Source: Microgenomates group bacterium
Lineage (GTDB): Bacteria > Patescibacteriota > Microgenomatia > UBA12405
NCBI GenBank assembly: GCA_049303675.1
Contig: JBAQNJ010000001.1
Span: 408,711-472,710, forward strand
DNA: 64,000 nucleotides
Direction of reading: 5' to 3'
Translations under genes and position numbers: made by a program
Notes under the pieces: generated by a model
What the model saw: only the letters and a program-made list of their open reading frames with translations
What the model was told of the DNA's origin: nothing
Database searches by the model: none
Part shown: positions 36,120 through 45,831 of the stretch, piece after piece
How the letters are laid out: each line of letters opens with the position of its first letter
Position numbering within the stretch: position 1 is the first letter of the stretch

Positions 36120-36878
36120 GTGGTTATCATCAAAACACCTAGTCAAATTGAGGGCATTCGTCAATCTTGCCAGCTTGCCGCCCAAACTTTAGAATACACC
36201 GCCTCATTTATCAAGCAGGGGATTAGTACCCAGTTTCTCGATGATCAGGCTAGTGAATTTATCCGATCTCACGGAGCAATCGCTGCCCCACTCGGTTACA
36301 ATGGTTTCCCCAAAAGTATTTGTACTTCAATCAACAATGTTGTCTGCCACGGTATACCCAGCCCCACCGAAATTTTAAATGAAGGTGACATTATCAATGT
36401 TGACATCACCACTATATTAAATGGATATTATGGTGATACCTCAGCTACCTTTCCAGTTGGCAAAGTTTCGGCCCTAGCCAATCAGCTTATCAAGGCGACT
36501 CATGATTCACTTGATCTAGCCATCAATTCCCTCCACCCCAGCAAAGGTCTCAATGCTTCTGTTGGTCAAGTAATTGAAAAGTATGTCGCTCAATTTGGAT
36601 TCACACCCGTCAGGGATCTGGGTGGTCACGGTGTTGGTCTCAAATTTCACGAAGATCCGTTTGTATTCCATTTTGCCACCTCCGATCAAGATACCGTACT
36701 CAAATCAGGGATGATTTTTACTATTGAGCCGATGATCAACGCCAGTTCCAACTGGCATGTCACCCTCGACCCCATTGATCACTGGACAGTCCGTACCGCC
36801 GATGGTTCCCTCTCCGCCCAATTTGAACATACTATATTAATCACCGACACTGGATCAGAAATCCTCACCTTATTATGA
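36120..36878 (+). CDS. map: type I methionine aminopeptidase
   Basis: GTG start; conserved metal ligands including GHGVGLKFHEDP. Confidence 0.9.
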   Translation: MVIIKTPSQIEGIRQSCQLAAQTLEYTASFIKQGISTQFLDDQASEFIRSHGAIAAPLGYNGFPKSICTSINNVVCHGIPSPTEILNEGDIINVDITTILNGYYGDTSATFPVGKVSALANQLIKATHDSLDLAINSLHPSKGLNASVGQVIEKYVAQFGFTPVRDLGGHGVGLKFHEDPFVFHFATSDQDTVLKSGMIFTIEPMINASSNWHVTLDPIDHWTVRTADGSLSAQFEHTILITDTGSEILTLL

Positions 36879-37633
36879 TTCTCTTAGAAGGCCAAAAAGT
36901 TGCCAGTCAAATTATTGAGAACCTCAAGACAAAAGATCTCAGTGCCGTATCACTCCACATAATTCTAGTAGGTCAAGACCAAAATAGTCTAAAATATGTT
37001 TCATTAAAACAAAATAAATGCCAAGAATTGGGCATAAAATGCATCGTCCACCATTTACCCGAAATTACCCCCACCCCCGATCTAATTACTTTGATTCAAC
37101 AACTAAATACCGATCCCGCAGTTACTGGTTTTTTCATCCAGTTGCCCCTACCACCTCATATTGACAAAAATAAAATTTTATCTCAAATTAATCCTCTCAA
37201 AGATGTCGACGGTCTCACTCCGGCTTCACGTTTTACCCCAGCCGTCGTCAGGGGAGTCATCACCCTTCTCGATGCCTACCACCTCTCATTTGCGGAGAAA
37301 ACTGCGGTAATTATCAACGATACCAATTTAATCGGAATTCCTCTGAAAAAAATATTAGAGCAAAGAAAATGTCGAGTAATAATTTGTAATGAATTCACCA
37401 AAAATGTCGCCAAAATTAGCAGGGGAGCTGACTATATTTTTAGTGCCACTGGGGTCAAGGGCCTAGTGACTGCCGACTATATCAAACCCAGTGCAGTAGT
37501 GGTTGATATTGGCGGAGGTGATGTAAATTTTGTCAATGTTTCCGCCCTTTGTAGCTACATCACTCCCACCTTTGGTGGGGTCGGCCCCTTGACCATCGCC
37601 TGTCTACTCCAAAATTTGGGTGAATTGTTATAA
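36875..37633 (+). CDS. folD: bifunctional methylenetetrahydrofolate dehydrogenase/cyclohydrolase
   Basis: KDVDGLTP motif, NAD(P)-binding region, C-terminal GGVGPLTIACLLQN. Confidence 0.85.
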   Translation: MILLEGQKVASQIIENLKTKDLSAVSLHIILVGQDQNSLKYVSLKQNKCQELGIKCIVHHLPEITPTPDLITLIQQLNTDPAVTGFFIQLPLPPHIDKNKILSQINPLKDVDGLTPASRFTPAVVRGVITLLDAYHLSFAEKTAVIINDTNLIGIPLKKILEQRKCRVIICNEFTKNVAKISRGADYIFSATGVKGLVTADYIKPSAVVVDIGGGDVNFVNVSALCSYITPTFGGVGPLTIACLLQNLGELL

Positions 37634-37639
37634 TCCATT

Positions 37640-37867
37640 ATGAGCGTTAGCCCCCAGTTTGAAAAAATATTGCGCCAAATAAATGCCACTGGCGCCGACC
37701 TTGCCCCTCCGGTTCATCCCCTCCACCGAATTCGTGCACTGGAAGACATTAATCAGGAGACTGCAGAAAGTTTTAGAAGATCCAACTTGACCTCCGAGGA
37801 AGTCGATGTGATTTCCGGTCAAATTATTAGACAGGTGGCCATTTATCGCCAACAATTAAATAATTAA
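37640..37867 (+). CDS. hypothetical small protein
   Basis: 75-aa ORF. Confidence 0.3.
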   Translation: MSVSPQFEKILRQINATGADLAPPVHPLHRIRALEDINQETAESFRRSNLTSEEVDVISGQIIRQVAIYRQQLNN

Positions 37868-37870
37868 CAC

Positions 37871-38113
37871 ATGAGAATCCAACTATTTGATCGTGGACTC
37901 CCCCAAGGAAAAAAATTATTTGCCGATATTGAGGCGGTTTGCCAACGTCTCCACATTGATACTGATCCAGAATATATTAAAGATATGAACCGTATTTATA
38001 GTAAGGGCTATCAGGGCAACACTATTTTACTCATCGACAATGAGGTCGCCTTCATCGACAAGTATCCAAATTTGAAGGAGTTGGAGTCTATTATTTCTGA
38101 TTTTATAAAGTAA
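37871..38113 (+). CDS. hypothetical small protein
   Basis: 80-aa ORF. Confidence 0.3.
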   Translation: MRIQLFDRGLPQGKKLFADIEAVCQRLHIDTDPEYIKDMNRIYSKGYQGNTILLIDNEVAFIDKYPNLKELESIISDFIK

Positions 38114-38132
38114 AATTATTTATTAATATTTT

Positions 38133-38894
38133 ATGAACAAAGTGATTTTCAATTCCCTCATATTTGCAGTCCTTGTCTCCTTTATTAGTTATTTATTTCG
38201 TAATTTTTTCCATACCGATTTGTATCTTAGCGATGTTGGCGGTCTCAGTACTTTTATCGGTGCCTTTGCCACCCTTTTTGGTCTACTCTCCGCCTTTGTT
38301 GTTTTCGAGGTCTGGGGCCAATACAACAAGACATCTTTATATGTCGACAAGGAAGCTACCGGTCTCGAGAGATTATATCGTCTAACTCTTTATTTTCGAG
38401 ACAAAAAGCTGACTGCCAAAATGGGTCAGGCTATTAGTAAATATGCCAATATGGTAATTGACGGCAAATTTAAAAAACTTAGCGAAGGAGTTCGTAATAC
38501 CGAAAATGGCTTAGCCTTTAGAGATATTTCCCGAATAATCCAAGACATCAAATTTGACGACAATCATGATGAAATTATTTTTGATCACATCGTATCTCAC
38601 TATGGTGATCTGGCAGAAATGCGTACCGAAAGAATTAATCAAAGTTTGGCTAGGCTCCCCTCACTCCTGAAAACTTTTCTTTATATTGCCTCTGCCTTTG
38701 TGGTCACCTGTCTAGTAATTATGCCATTTGCTAGTGTCTATTATTCCCTATTTGCCGTGTTTTGTATGACTTTTGTCATAGTTATGATCTATTATTTAAT
38801 AGAGGACCTAGACAATCCTTTTGTTGGTAATTGGAATATCACCCCCGAGCCCTTCTCCCGCGCCCTCAAACATATCAATGAGGATTATAAATGA
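38133..38894 (+). CDS. hypothetical membrane protein
   Basis: 253 aa with N- and C-terminal TM segments. Confidence 0.4.
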   Translation: MNKVIFNSLIFAVLVSFISYLFRNFFHTDLYLSDVGGLSTFIGAFATLFGLLSAFVVFEVWGQYNKTSLYVDKEATGLERLYRLTLYFRDKKLTAKMGQAISKYANMVIDGKFKKLSEGVRNTENGLAFRDISRIIQDIKFDDNHDEIIFDHIVSHYGDLAEMRTERINQSLARLPSLLKTFLYIASAFVVTCLVIMPFASVYYSLFAVFCMTFVIVMIYYLIEDLDNPFVGNWNITPEPFSRALKHINEDYK

Positions 38895-39148
38895 GTGACA
38901 GAATAAAACAGTTTTCAAATAATCTTGAGATAGTTACTAAAAGATATAAGGGTACAATTGGTCAAGATTTTTCAGAAAAAGTTACCTTAGCATTAGAACG
39001 AGAATTAGCAGAAAACGAGACCTGCCCGCTGGCCCAAGAAATAGAAGCAACTATTGATATTGCAGCCAAATCACCACGAGACCAGTACCTTCGGTTACAA
39101 AGTTTATTTGTGGTATTGACCCAGCGCGAAGAAGCACTTAAGAAATAG
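38891..39148 (+). CDS. hypothetical small protein
   Basis: 85-aa ORF. Confidence 0.3.
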   Translation: MSDRIKQFSNNLEIVTKRYKGTIGQDFSEKVTLALERELAENETCPLAQEIEATIDIAAKSPRDQYLRLQSLFVVLTQREEALKK

Positions 39149-39893
39149 GCAGGAACAATCTCTTGGCATTCTCATCCACAATCTTTTCTGTCTCTTCAAA
39201 GCTCGTTCCCCAAATCTCGGCCACTTTTTGATAGACATATTTTACATACTCTGGTCTATTTTCCTCACCGCGATGTGGCACTGGAGTCAGATAAGGGGAG
39301 TCAGTCTCCAGTAGTAGCCTATCTTTGGGTATATTTTTAACTACTTCTCCCAGTCCCCCTTCATAGGTCAAGTTGCCATCAATCCCCAAATAAAAAGACT
39401 CTGGTATATTTTTTATTCTCTTAATTCCCCCAGTATAGCAATGAATTACTCCCCTCAAATTCGTATAACTATTTAGTATCGCCAATGTCTCCTCCATCGC
39501 CTTGCGACTATGAATTATCAGTGGTTTATCGTATTTTATCGCCAACTCTATCTGCCTGCGAAACAATATCTCCATATCTTTATAGCCTCCCCTGTCAAGA
39601 GGAGGTACCCGCAGGGGGGAGGGGTTTTGACTAAAATCCAACCCACATTCCCCCACCGCTATGATCTCTTTATTGTTTTTTAGTAGTTCATCCAAATTCG
39701 TAATTGTTAATTCGTAATTCGTAATTATTTCTTGTGGATGAATTCCTACTGCTGCCAACAACTTTGGGTTACTCTTGGCCAATTCAACATTATTTTTCGA
39801 ATCTTCCAAGTTGCTACCAGACAATATTACAAACTTCAAACTGTCAACAGTTATCTGTTCACTTGGGCTAATATGTGAGTGTGTGTCTATCAT
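39138..39893 (-). CDS. tatD: TatD family metal-dependent hydrolase (DNase)
   Basis: MIDTHSHI start, GECGLD and LLETDSPYL motifs. Confidence 0.85.
   Translation of the reverse strand: MIDTHSHISPSEQITVDSLKFVILSGSNLEDSKNNVELAKSNPKLLAAVGIHPQEIITNYELTITNLDELLKNNKEIIAVGECGLDFSQNPSPLRVPPLDRGGYKDMEILFRRQIELAIKYDKPLIIHSRKAMEETLAILNSYTNLRGVIHCYTGGIKRIKNIPESFYLGIDGNLTYEGGLGEVVKNIPKDRLLLETDSPYLTPVPHRGEENRPEYVKYVYQKVAEIWGTSFEETEKIVDENAKRLFLPIS
39695..39729. repeat. heptanucleotide tandem repeat (AATTCGT-like, about 5 units) inside tatD coding sequence
   Basis: aattcgt aattgtt aattcgt aattcgt aattatt. Encodes ITNYELTITNLDE on the minus strand. Confidence 0.7.
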
Positions 39894-39909
39894 AATGATA
39901 TTATAAACT

Positions 39910-40743
39910 GTGGCTACAAAAGATAATTCAGTAATAATTTTTCAAAACAACAAGGTTCGTCGAATTTGGGATGAACAAAAAGAGCTATGGTATTTTTCAG
40001 TTGTCGACATTATTGAAATTTTGACTGGGAGTACAAATCCTCAAGTTTACTGGCGTGTCTTGAAAAAGAGACTAATCGATGAGGGATCAAATGAAACCGT
40101 TACAAATTGTAACGGTTTGAAAATGCTCGCAAGTGATGGCAAAATGAGAATTACTGATGTAGCTGATACCCAAAATATGTTTCGAATTATTCAATCAATC
40201 CCGTCTCCAAAAGCCGAACCATTAAAATTATGGCTGGCCAAGGTCGGATATCAACGATTAGAAGAAATTGAGGACCCTGAATTAGCCATCAATCGTGCAT
40301 TACAAAACTTTCTAAAAAAAGGATATTCAAAAGAGTGGATAAATCAAAGGTTAAAAACAATTGAAGTTAGAAAAGAACTAACAGACGAATGGCAGTCACG
40401 AGGAGTTGAAGAAGGTTTAGAATTTGCAATTTTAACAAATGAAATAACCAAAGCATGGTCAGGCAAAACTGTTCGCGAGTATAAAAATTTCAAAAATCTA
40501 AAAAAAGAAAATTTACGAGATAATATGACCAATTTAGAATTGGTCATAAATACACTTGCCGAAGCAACAACCACTGAAATTTCCAAAGATAGAAAACCTA
40601 AAACACTTAATGAAAGTAAACAAATCGCCAACCGCGGTGGACAAATAGCTGGTAACGCCAGAAAGGAAATAGAATTAGAAACGGGCAAGAAAATAGTTTC
40701 TCCCAAAAACGCAAAAAACACAAAAAATGCTCTGTTATCTTGA
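39910..40743 (+). CDS. DinD-like DNA-damage-inducible protein with N-terminal Bro-N domain
   Basis: N-terminus IFQNNKVRRIWDEQKELWYFSVVDIIEILT is a Bro-N/antirepressor-like fold. The C-terminal part (LRDNMTNLELVINTLAEATTTEISKDRKPKTLNESKQIANRGGQIAGNARKEIELETGKKIVSP) resembles E. coli DinD. It is a paralogue of the fragment at 22977. Confidence 0.55.
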   Translation: MATKDNSVIIFQNNKVRRIWDEQKELWYFSVVDIIEILTGSTNPQVYWRVLKKRLIDEGSNETVTNCNGLKMLASDGKMRITDVADTQNMFRIIQSIPSPKAEPLKLWLAKVGYQRLEEIEDPELAINRALQNFLKKGYSKEWINQRLKTIEVRKELTDEWQSRGVEEGLEFAILTNEITKAWSGKTVREYKNFKNLKKENLRDNMTNLELVINTLAEATTTEISKDRKPKTLNESKQIANRGGQIAGNARKEIELETGKKIVSPKNAKNTKNALLS

Positions 40744-40766
40744 CTCTATACTATTATAAGATATAA

Positions 40767-40982
40767 TTGGCTATGACATTAAAAGATGTACTAAAAAAAG
40801 CCCGCGCAGAAGCAGAGTCGCTTCACTCCGATGTCTACCCAGTAGCACAGCAAGTATTTAATAATATTGGTGAAGCAAACCAAGCAGCTGTTGCTCCACA
40901 ACCACTTAAAATGCGTCAAAAAGCAATAATTATTACAAAAAGCACTACTGGACCCGTCTTTGAACATCCAATCAATAACTAG
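40767..40982 (+). CDS. hypothetical small protein
   Basis: 71-aa ORF. Confidence 0.25.
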   Translation: MAMTLKDVLKKARAEAESLHSDVYPVAQQVFNNIGEANQAAVAPQPLKMRQKAIIITKSTTGPVFEHPINN

Positions 40983-42385
40983 CTGATCCTGCCAAAAAGT
41001 CCGGTTTCTAATGGTTTTATTTCACCCTCCAGCGCTCTGGTAATTTTTTCACAAGTTTCCGGCATGACTGGTGTCAGATAGTAGGCCGCGGCTCGTAAAT
41101 TATTTATACACTCGGTCAACACCTCAATCCTTTTAGGATCATTTGGTTCCAGTTTCCACGGGGTCACTACGTTCAATCTATTGTTTGATTCATCAACATA
41201 TTTTCCAAACACCCAATTTATCGCCTCATCTAATTTTAAATTATCAACTAAATTTATAAATTCTTCATCAGCTCGTAACTCGTAACTCGTAACTGTTAAC
41301 TTATCACTTAGTTTACAAACTCGCGAAACCAAATTTCCCAAATTGTTTGCCAAATCGGCATTATATTTCTCCTTGAATCTATTTATCCCCACATCAGAAT
41401 CATTTTCGCTAGGAAAAGATCTGGTAATCAGGTATCTGGCACCATCCACACCAAACAAATCAATCAATTGTTGTGGGCTAATTACATTACCCAAACTTTT
41501 AGACATTTTTTGTGAATCAATCATATAAAAACTATGAGTAAATGTCTTTTTGGGTAAGTCTATTTTGGCCGATAAAAGCATTGCCTGCCAAATAACTGCA
41601 TGGAACCACAATATTTCCTTACCCAACAAATGCAAATTTGCTGGCCAAAAATCTTTTTTACCCTCTACAAATTGGGTGGCACTATAATAATTAATTAAAG
41701 CATCAAACCACACATACACTGTTTGTTTTGTATCCCAGGGGACTGGTATACCCCACTCGACATTTTCTCGCGATAGGGAAATATCATTGACCCCACCTTT
41801 TAATTTTGCCAGTACCTCGGCCCGTTTTCCTGCAGGATATATATAATTAGTTTTATCATCTTCAATCAACTCGATTAATCTTGGCGCATATTTCGATAAT
41901 TTAAAAAACCAATTTTCTTCAGATTTTTTCACCGTTTTTTCTGGTGGGTGAAGTGGACAATGCCCCTCGTCCAAATCAGTTTCGGTTAAGAACTTTTCAC
42001 AACCAATACAATACCAGCCTTCATATTTGGCTTTATAGACATCGTCATTTTCTTTTATTTTAGTCAAAAATTCGGCCACCACTTTTTCGTGTCTTTTATC
42101 AGTCGTTCGTATAAAAAAATCGTTACTTATATTTAAATTTTTCCAGGCATTGATAAATGTTGGGGCAACTTTATCACAATATGTCTGGGTGTCCAAACTC
42201 TCTTTCTGAGCACATTCGGCTACCTTTTGGCCATGTTCATCAGTCCCAGTCAGAAAAAACACCTCATCCCCCAGTTGTCGGTGAAGTCGAGCGAGGACAT
42301 CTGCCGCCACAGTAGTGCAGGTATGCCCAATATGAGGGATATCGTTGATATAGTAAATCGGGGTCGTAATATAAAACTTAGCCAT
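40979..42385 (-). CDS. metG: methionyl-tRNA synthetase (short form)
   Basis: HIGHTCTT (HIGH) and KMSKSLGN (KMSKS) motifs; Zn-knuckle CPLH. Confidence 0.95.
   Translation of the reverse strand: MAKFYITTPIYYINDIPHIGHTCTTVAADVLARLHRQLGDEVFFLTGTDEHGQKVAECAQKESLDTQTYCDKVAPTFINAWKNLNISNDFFIRTTDKRHEKVVAEFLTKIKENDDVYKAKYEGWYCIGCEKFLTETDLDEGHCPLHPPEKTVKKSEENWFFKLSKYAPRLIELIEDDKTNYIYPAGKRAEVLAKLKGGVNDISLSRENVEWGIPVPWDTKQTVYVWFDALINYYSATQFVEGKKDFWPANLHLLGKEILWFHAVIWQAMLLSAKIDLPKKTFTHSFYMIDSQKMSKSLGNVISPQQLIDLFGVDGARYLITRSFPSENDSDVGINRFKEKYNADLANNLGNLVSRVCKLSDKLTVTSYELRADEEFINLVDNLKLDEAINWVFGKYVDESNNRLNVVTPWKLEPNDPKRIEVLTECINNLRAAAYYLTPVMPETCEKITRALEGEIKPLETGLFGRIS
41273..41307. repeat. heptanucleotide tandem repeat (TCGTAAC x3 plus variants) inside metG coding sequence
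   Basis: tcgtaac tcgtaac tcgtaac tgttaac ttatcac. Encodes VTSYELRADEEF on the minus strand. Confidence 0.7.
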
Positions 42386-42388
42386 TAC

Positions 42389-42697
42389 TTATTTTACCGC
42401 TTTTTTGACAGTCTTTTTGACCACTTTCTTGGCAGTTTTCTTAGTTATCTTCTTTATACCCTCTCCTCCGATCTTCTTGCTCAATTGAGATTTCATTCTA
42501 GCAACTTTGTTTTTATGCAAAATTCCCTTTTTGACCGCTTTGTCCAAGATAGATTGGGCTTCCTTCATATTTTCCATGTTGGGTTGACCCAAGAATTTCT
42601 TAACTAATTCTTTAAATTTGTTTTTTATCACCAAGTTTGTCTTTCGATTTTTAATCGATTTTCGCAGTGATTTTTTAGATGAGGCGCTGATTGGCAT
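42389..42697 (-). CDS. rpsT: 30S ribosomal protein S20 with Lys-rich C-terminal tail
   Basis: MPISASSKKSLRKSIKNRKTNL...GILHKNKVARMKSQLSKKI. Track ORF extends to 42805; the internal Met at about 42697 is the likely start. Confidence 0.8.
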   Translation of the reverse strand: MPISASSKKSLRKSIKNRKTNLVIKNKFKELVKKFLGQPNMENMKEAQSILDKAVKKGILHKNKVARMKSQLSKKIGGEGIKKITKKTAKKVVKKTVKKAVK

Positions 42698-42758
42698 GAC
42701 ATGTATTCTAACTGATAATAAATTCAAATACAAGAATTTATCTTGATTACATAATATA

Positions 42759-44378
42759 ATGACAATCATGTCTCTTCGCGATCTTTTCAAATATGTCAGT
42801 CTCAAGAAATCACACAGTATTTTTTCAGCTAGTCTTGTCCTCGGGATTACCTTCGGATTATCGGCTATTCTCGGGTTTCTCCGGAGTCGTTTTCTCTATG
42901 CTCAGTTTTTCAACTGCTGTGTCTTAGAGCTCGATGCTTACAATGCAGCCTTCCGGTTGCCCGATTTAATCTTCAAATTACTAGTTACCGGTGCACTTTC
43001 AGCGTCATTTATCCCTGTCTTTAGCTCATATTTACACAAAGATGAACACAAGGCATACGAAGTAGCCTCATCTGTGATAAATCTACTTCTGATTGTCTTT
43101 ACCCTCGCTTCACTCTTGGTCTTGATCTTTGCCAAGCCTTTGTCTGGCATAATTGCCCACGGGTTCACCCCCGAGCAACTAGTACTCATGACTAGTCTGA
43201 CACGCATTTTATTAATAGCCCAGGTTTTCTTCCTCATTAGCAACTTCTTGACTGGTATGCTCCAGGTTCACCAGGTATTTATTATCCCCGCCCTTTCACC
43301 CATTGTTTACAATATTTTTATTATTCTCTCTATCTTCATTTTAGCCCCGACCATGGGTATTTATGGAGTAGCCATTGGCTCAGTCGTTGGTGCCTTTTTT
43401 CATTTAGCCATTCAAATTCCCACCGCCAAGGCCATGGGAGTCAAGTATCGTTTTGAAATCAAAACTCAGCTCGCTGGAGTCAAAGAAGTCATTAGACTCA
43501 TGTTACCTCGCAGTTTATCCCTAGGATTAGGTGAAATCGAGAATACAGTGACTTTGTTCTTCGCTAGCAGTTTGGCAGCCGGCTCTATCTCTCTTCTCAA
43601 TCTAGCCATGCAACTAATGTACTTACCCAGTCGAATTTTTGGGACTACAGTCGGTCAAGCATCACTCCCTATTCTTTCCAAAAACATCGCCCGCAACGAG
43701 CTAGATTTATTTAGAGATACTGTTCGTAAGACAATTTCCCAAAGTTTGTTTATTGCCGTTCCTATCACTGTTTTAGTTCTGGTCCATCGCCTAGCTATTA
43801 TCCGCATTGCCTTTGGTACCCGCCAATTTCCGTGGGCTGCTACTCTGCTGACAGCCAAAACTTTGGCCTATCTTACTCCAGCCATTGTTTGTCAAGCTGT
43901 CATTCAAATACTCGTCAGAGCCTTTTATGCCATCCACGATACCAAAACTCCACTTAAAGTTTCTTTCTTCTCTCTGGCCATCAACATTTCCTCAGCCTAT
44001 TTTCTGATTAATTACACCGATCTCGGAATTCTGGGACTAGCCATCAGTGCCTCACTTGGGAATCTCACCCAATGCCTTGGTTTATTTTATCTGTTCATCA
44101 AAACAGTTGACGGCGCTGGATGGCAGCAGACTTATTGGCACTATTTCAAAATATTACTGGCCTCTTTTATATTGGGCCTTACTTCTTGGGTCTGTGTTCA
44201 GTTTTTTGATTTATTTGTGCTCGATACCTCCCGAACCATCAACTTAATAATTTTATCCTCTCTCTCCGTTTTAATAAGTATATTTGTCTATTACTTCATT
44301 GCTATTTATCTACAAATTTCCGAAATATATGATTATCAACACTATTTTGGCAAGCTAACTAGATTTTTCAAAAGATAA
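42759..44378 (+). CDS. murJ: lipid II flippase MurJ (MviN)
   Basis: 539 aa, about 14 TM segments; LPRSLSLGLGEIENTV...GQASLPILS conserved region. Confidence 0.85.
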   Translation: MTIMSLRDLFKYVSLKKSHSIFSASLVLGITFGLSAILGFLRSRFLYAQFFNCCVLELDAYNAAFRLPDLIFKLLVTGALSASFIPVFSSYLHKDEHKAYEVASSVINLLLIVFTLASLLVLIFAKPLSGIIAHGFTPEQLVLMTSLTRILLIAQVFFLISNFLTGMLQVHQVFIIPALSPIVYNIFIILSIFILAPTMGIYGVAIGSVVGAFFHLAIQIPTAKAMGVKYRFEIKTQLAGVKEVIRLMLPRSLSLGLGEIENTVTLFFASSLAAGSISLLNLAMQLMYLPSRIFGTTVGQASLPILSKNIARNELDLFRDTVRKTISQSLFIAVPITVLVLVHRLAIIRIAFGTRQFPWAATLLTAKTLAYLTPAIVCQAVIQILVRAFYAIHDTKTPLKVSFFSLAINISSAYFLINYTDLGILGLAISASLGNLTQCLGLFYLFIKTVDGAGWQQTYWHYFKILLASFILGLTSWVCVQFFDLFVLDTSRTINLIILSSLSVLISIFVYYFIAIYLQISEIYDYQHYFGKLTRFFKR

Positions 44379-44427
44379 TCTTTCTGTTTGTGTTTTAATT
44401 TGGCCCAAATATATATATACTGTTTAT

Positions 44428-44991
44428 ATGCCAGTCAAAAAGGAGATGTCTTTTTTACCAGACGAAGAGGATGTCAACTCTCTCTCGGCCCGTGTCATCC
44501 GCTGGGTCACCACTGTTGGGCGTTTTGTTATTGTCTTTACCGAGCTAATAGTTATTTGCGCTTTTTTATCCCGTTTTTGGCTCGACCGCACCAACTCTGA
44601 TTTATCCGAAGTTGTCCGTCAGCAAAAAGCCATTTTAGAAAGCACCTCAGAGTTTGAAAATGATTATGCCCAGCTCCAAAGACGCCTAGAACTTATCCAG
44701 AAAATATATGCTTCTCAGCCAGAATATCAGACCAAAGTTGATACTCTCATCCAGAGTACCCCCTCCGATATCAATTACAACAGTCTTACTATTACCCACG
44801 ATCCCGACAAAAAAGAAGTTTCCGCCATCATCAATCTCTCTGCCTATCAAGAATCATCCATTGTCAACTTTATCACCAATTTAATTGCCAACCCCAAAAT
44901 AAGCTCAGTCGATATCAAGAAAATTGAAAAAAGGTCCAATGATAATAAATACAATGTCAATTTGTCATTAGTTTTTTCCCAAAAAGTATGA
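44428..44991 (+). CDS. PilN-like type IV pilus/competence assembly protein
   Basis: Short cytoplasmic N-terminus, single TM, periplasmic coiled-coil domain; 187 aa. Confidence 0.4.
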   Translation: MPVKKEMSFLPDEEDVNSLSARVIRWVTTVGRFVIVFTELIVICAFLSRFWLDRTNSDLSEVVRQQKAILESTSEFENDYAQLQRRLELIQKIYASQPEYQTKVDTLIQSTPSDINYNSLTITHDPDKKEVSAIINLSAYQESSIVNFITNLIANPKISSVDIKKIEKRSNDNKYNVNLSLVFSQKV

Positions 44992-45641
44992 GCCTAAACA
45001 TCGACAATCAGGTCAGTCGAATGAGGCCATTGTTTGATTTTATAAAAAAACAACAAGAAAATCGTCAATTCGTTAGGTCGGTTGAAATTACCGCCACTTT
45101 TGTCTTAATTACCTTTTTTCTAATTTTTGCCGTCAGACCAACCATCATCACTATCGCCAGTCTTCGTGGTGATATCGAATCGAAGAAAATCCTCAAGTCA
45201 GAATTAAAAAACAAAATCAATCAAGTTATCCAGGCACAAGACCTCTTTTCCCAAGTCCAAGAGCGATATCAGGTCATAAACAGTAGTCTCCCCGATAGGC
45301 CCAACTTTTATGATGCTGCCGACATAATTACCCAAATTTCCCAAAAAAACAGCATCACCCTCAACTCAATATTATTTGATTTAGAGGTAGTGCCATATAA
45401 AAACGAACCGAGTGTCAAATCATACAGCCTCCAAATCGGAGTTAGTGGATCTTTTGACAGTGCCCTCAATATTGCCTCAGAGTTACTCAAAAACCGTCGT
45501 ACCGACAACATTAGTTCCCTCAACTTTACCACTGGTCTTTCTCCCAATCAGAAAAGCGCCAGCCCCAGCGCCAGTTCCGGAGTCATCACCTCATTTTCCA
45601 CTCATTTTTATTATTGGCCAGCCACTTATGGAAAAAAATAA
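44988..45641 (+). CDS. PilO-like type IV pilus/competence assembly protein
   Basis: Single TM followed by a coiled coil and an alpha/beta domain; translationally coupled to the PilN-like gene. Confidence 0.4.
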   Translation: MSLNIDNQVSRMRPLFDFIKKQQENRQFVRSVEITATFVLITFFLIFAVRPTIITIASLRGDIESKKILKSELKNKINQVIQAQDLFSQVQERYQVINSSLPDRPNFYDAADIITQISQKNSITLNSILFDLEVVPYKNEPSVKSYSLQIGVSGSFDSALNIASELLKNRRTDNISSLNFTTGLSPNQKSASPSASSGVITSFSTHFYYWPATYGKK

Positions 45642-45831
45642 AATATCGGGATATCTCCTTTTAATTAGTGTTTTTACCTTTGCAGCCGTCTTTATTTATA
45701 TTGTTCAAAAAAGTTACGATGGTATGATGAAACCAATCCGTGACGTCAAACAGAGTGTCATAATTAAGCCAATTAATCCCAATTTTGATCTTAGTACTTT
45801 AGATGAAATTGAAAAAAGAGGTACCCCATGA
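45628..45831 (+). CDS. small single-TM protein
   Basis: MEKNKISGYLLLISVFTFAAVFIYIV; 67 aa. Track ORF 45412..45831 overlaps pilO-like; the internal ATG is more likely. Confidence 0.3.
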   Translation: MEKNKISGYLLLISVFTFAAVFIYIVQKSYDGMMKPIRDVKQSVIIKPINPNFDLSTLDEIEKRGTP